Shown: positions 63,928 through 64,000 of the stretch, in pieces | Position numbering within the stretch: the first letter of the stretch is position 1 | Layout of the letters: each line of letters opens with the position of its first letter | Source of the DNA: an uncultured Candidatus Berkelbacteria bacterium | GTDB taxonomy: Bacteria; Patescibacteriota; UBA1384; UBA12157; JAENIV01 | NCBI GenBank assembly: GCA_963698075.1 | Contig: OY969116.1 | Span: forward strand, 83,881 to 147,880 | DNA: 64,000 nucleotides | Direction: 5' to 3' | Translations under genes and position numbers: made by a program | Notes under the pieces: generated by a model | The model's input: the letters and a program-made list of their open reading frames with translations, nothing else | Told to the model about the DNA's origin: nothing | Database searches by the model: none

Positions 63928-64000
63928 ATTATTGAATCCTCAAACTTTCAAAATCCCTGCCCCAATAATGGCCAAGATTAAAAATAGACCTCTTTTCATT

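Noticed and set aside
63940-63999. 19-aa hydrophobic ORF (MKRGLFLILAIIGAGILKV) upstream of relA at the window edge
   Set aside because: It is too short and lacks a clear RBS. It may be a leader peptide, but this cannot be supported from the sequence alone.

Overview
This 64-kb window reads as a low-GC (roughly 35-42% by eye) bacterial genome with small, tightly packed genes. The gene content suggests a reduced CPR/Patescibacteria-like organism. Nearly all genes from 11.4 kb onward lie on the minus strand. Strong TTGACA-17-TATAAT promoters occur repeatedly.

Conserved core genes: rplJ-rplL, tgt, secDF, gmk, a RluA-family pseudouridine synthase, sbcCD, guaA, class II (B12-dependent) nrdJ, ftsA-ftsZ, ybeY, rpsU, rarA, lexA, hisS and relA/spoT.

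Accessory content, in window order:
(1) A six-gene cluster (3.9-10.8 kb) with two small membrane proteins, a Pro-rich protein and two tandem paralogous membrane-anchored VirB4/TraC-like P-loop ATPases. This is the best candidate for an undescribed secretion- or DNA-transfer-like system.
(2) A corrinoid-salvage module (28.9-35.1 kb): a membrane protein with a C-terminal thioredoxin domain, two DUF4430-like proteins, a cobalamin-riboswitch-like leader with a terminator attenuator, and a CobA/BtuR adenosyltransferase, all next to nrdJ.
(3) Three GC-rich (about 60-68%) structured loci of 350-450 nt with perfect sigma70 promoters and no credible ORF (2.3, 52.9 and 55.5 kb), which I could not classify, plus a roughly 105-nt sRNA candidate with an anti-Shine-Dalgarno loop at 27.2 kb.
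(4) A roughly 150-nt MITE/REP-like structured repeat in three copies (38.5, 59.7 and 62.2 kb). The window begins with a partial REP-associated (RayT/IS200-like) tyrosine transposase.
(5) Higher-GC islands at 22.5-23.7, 41.5-44.5 and 55.4-59.1 kb. They carry hypothetical genes, direct repeats, duplicated leader cassettes and a perfect 21-bp tandem duplication.
(6) Several cis-regulatory candidates: a lexA promoter with two GTTC-N7-GTTC boxes, a conserved promoter-proximal hairpin-U7 leader shared by two peptidoglycan hydrolase genes, a 16-bp perfect palindrome upstream of btuR, and an rplJ leader hairpin.

I saw no CRISPR array, rRNA or tRNA. All family assignments rest on motif recall from the translations, not on database searches.
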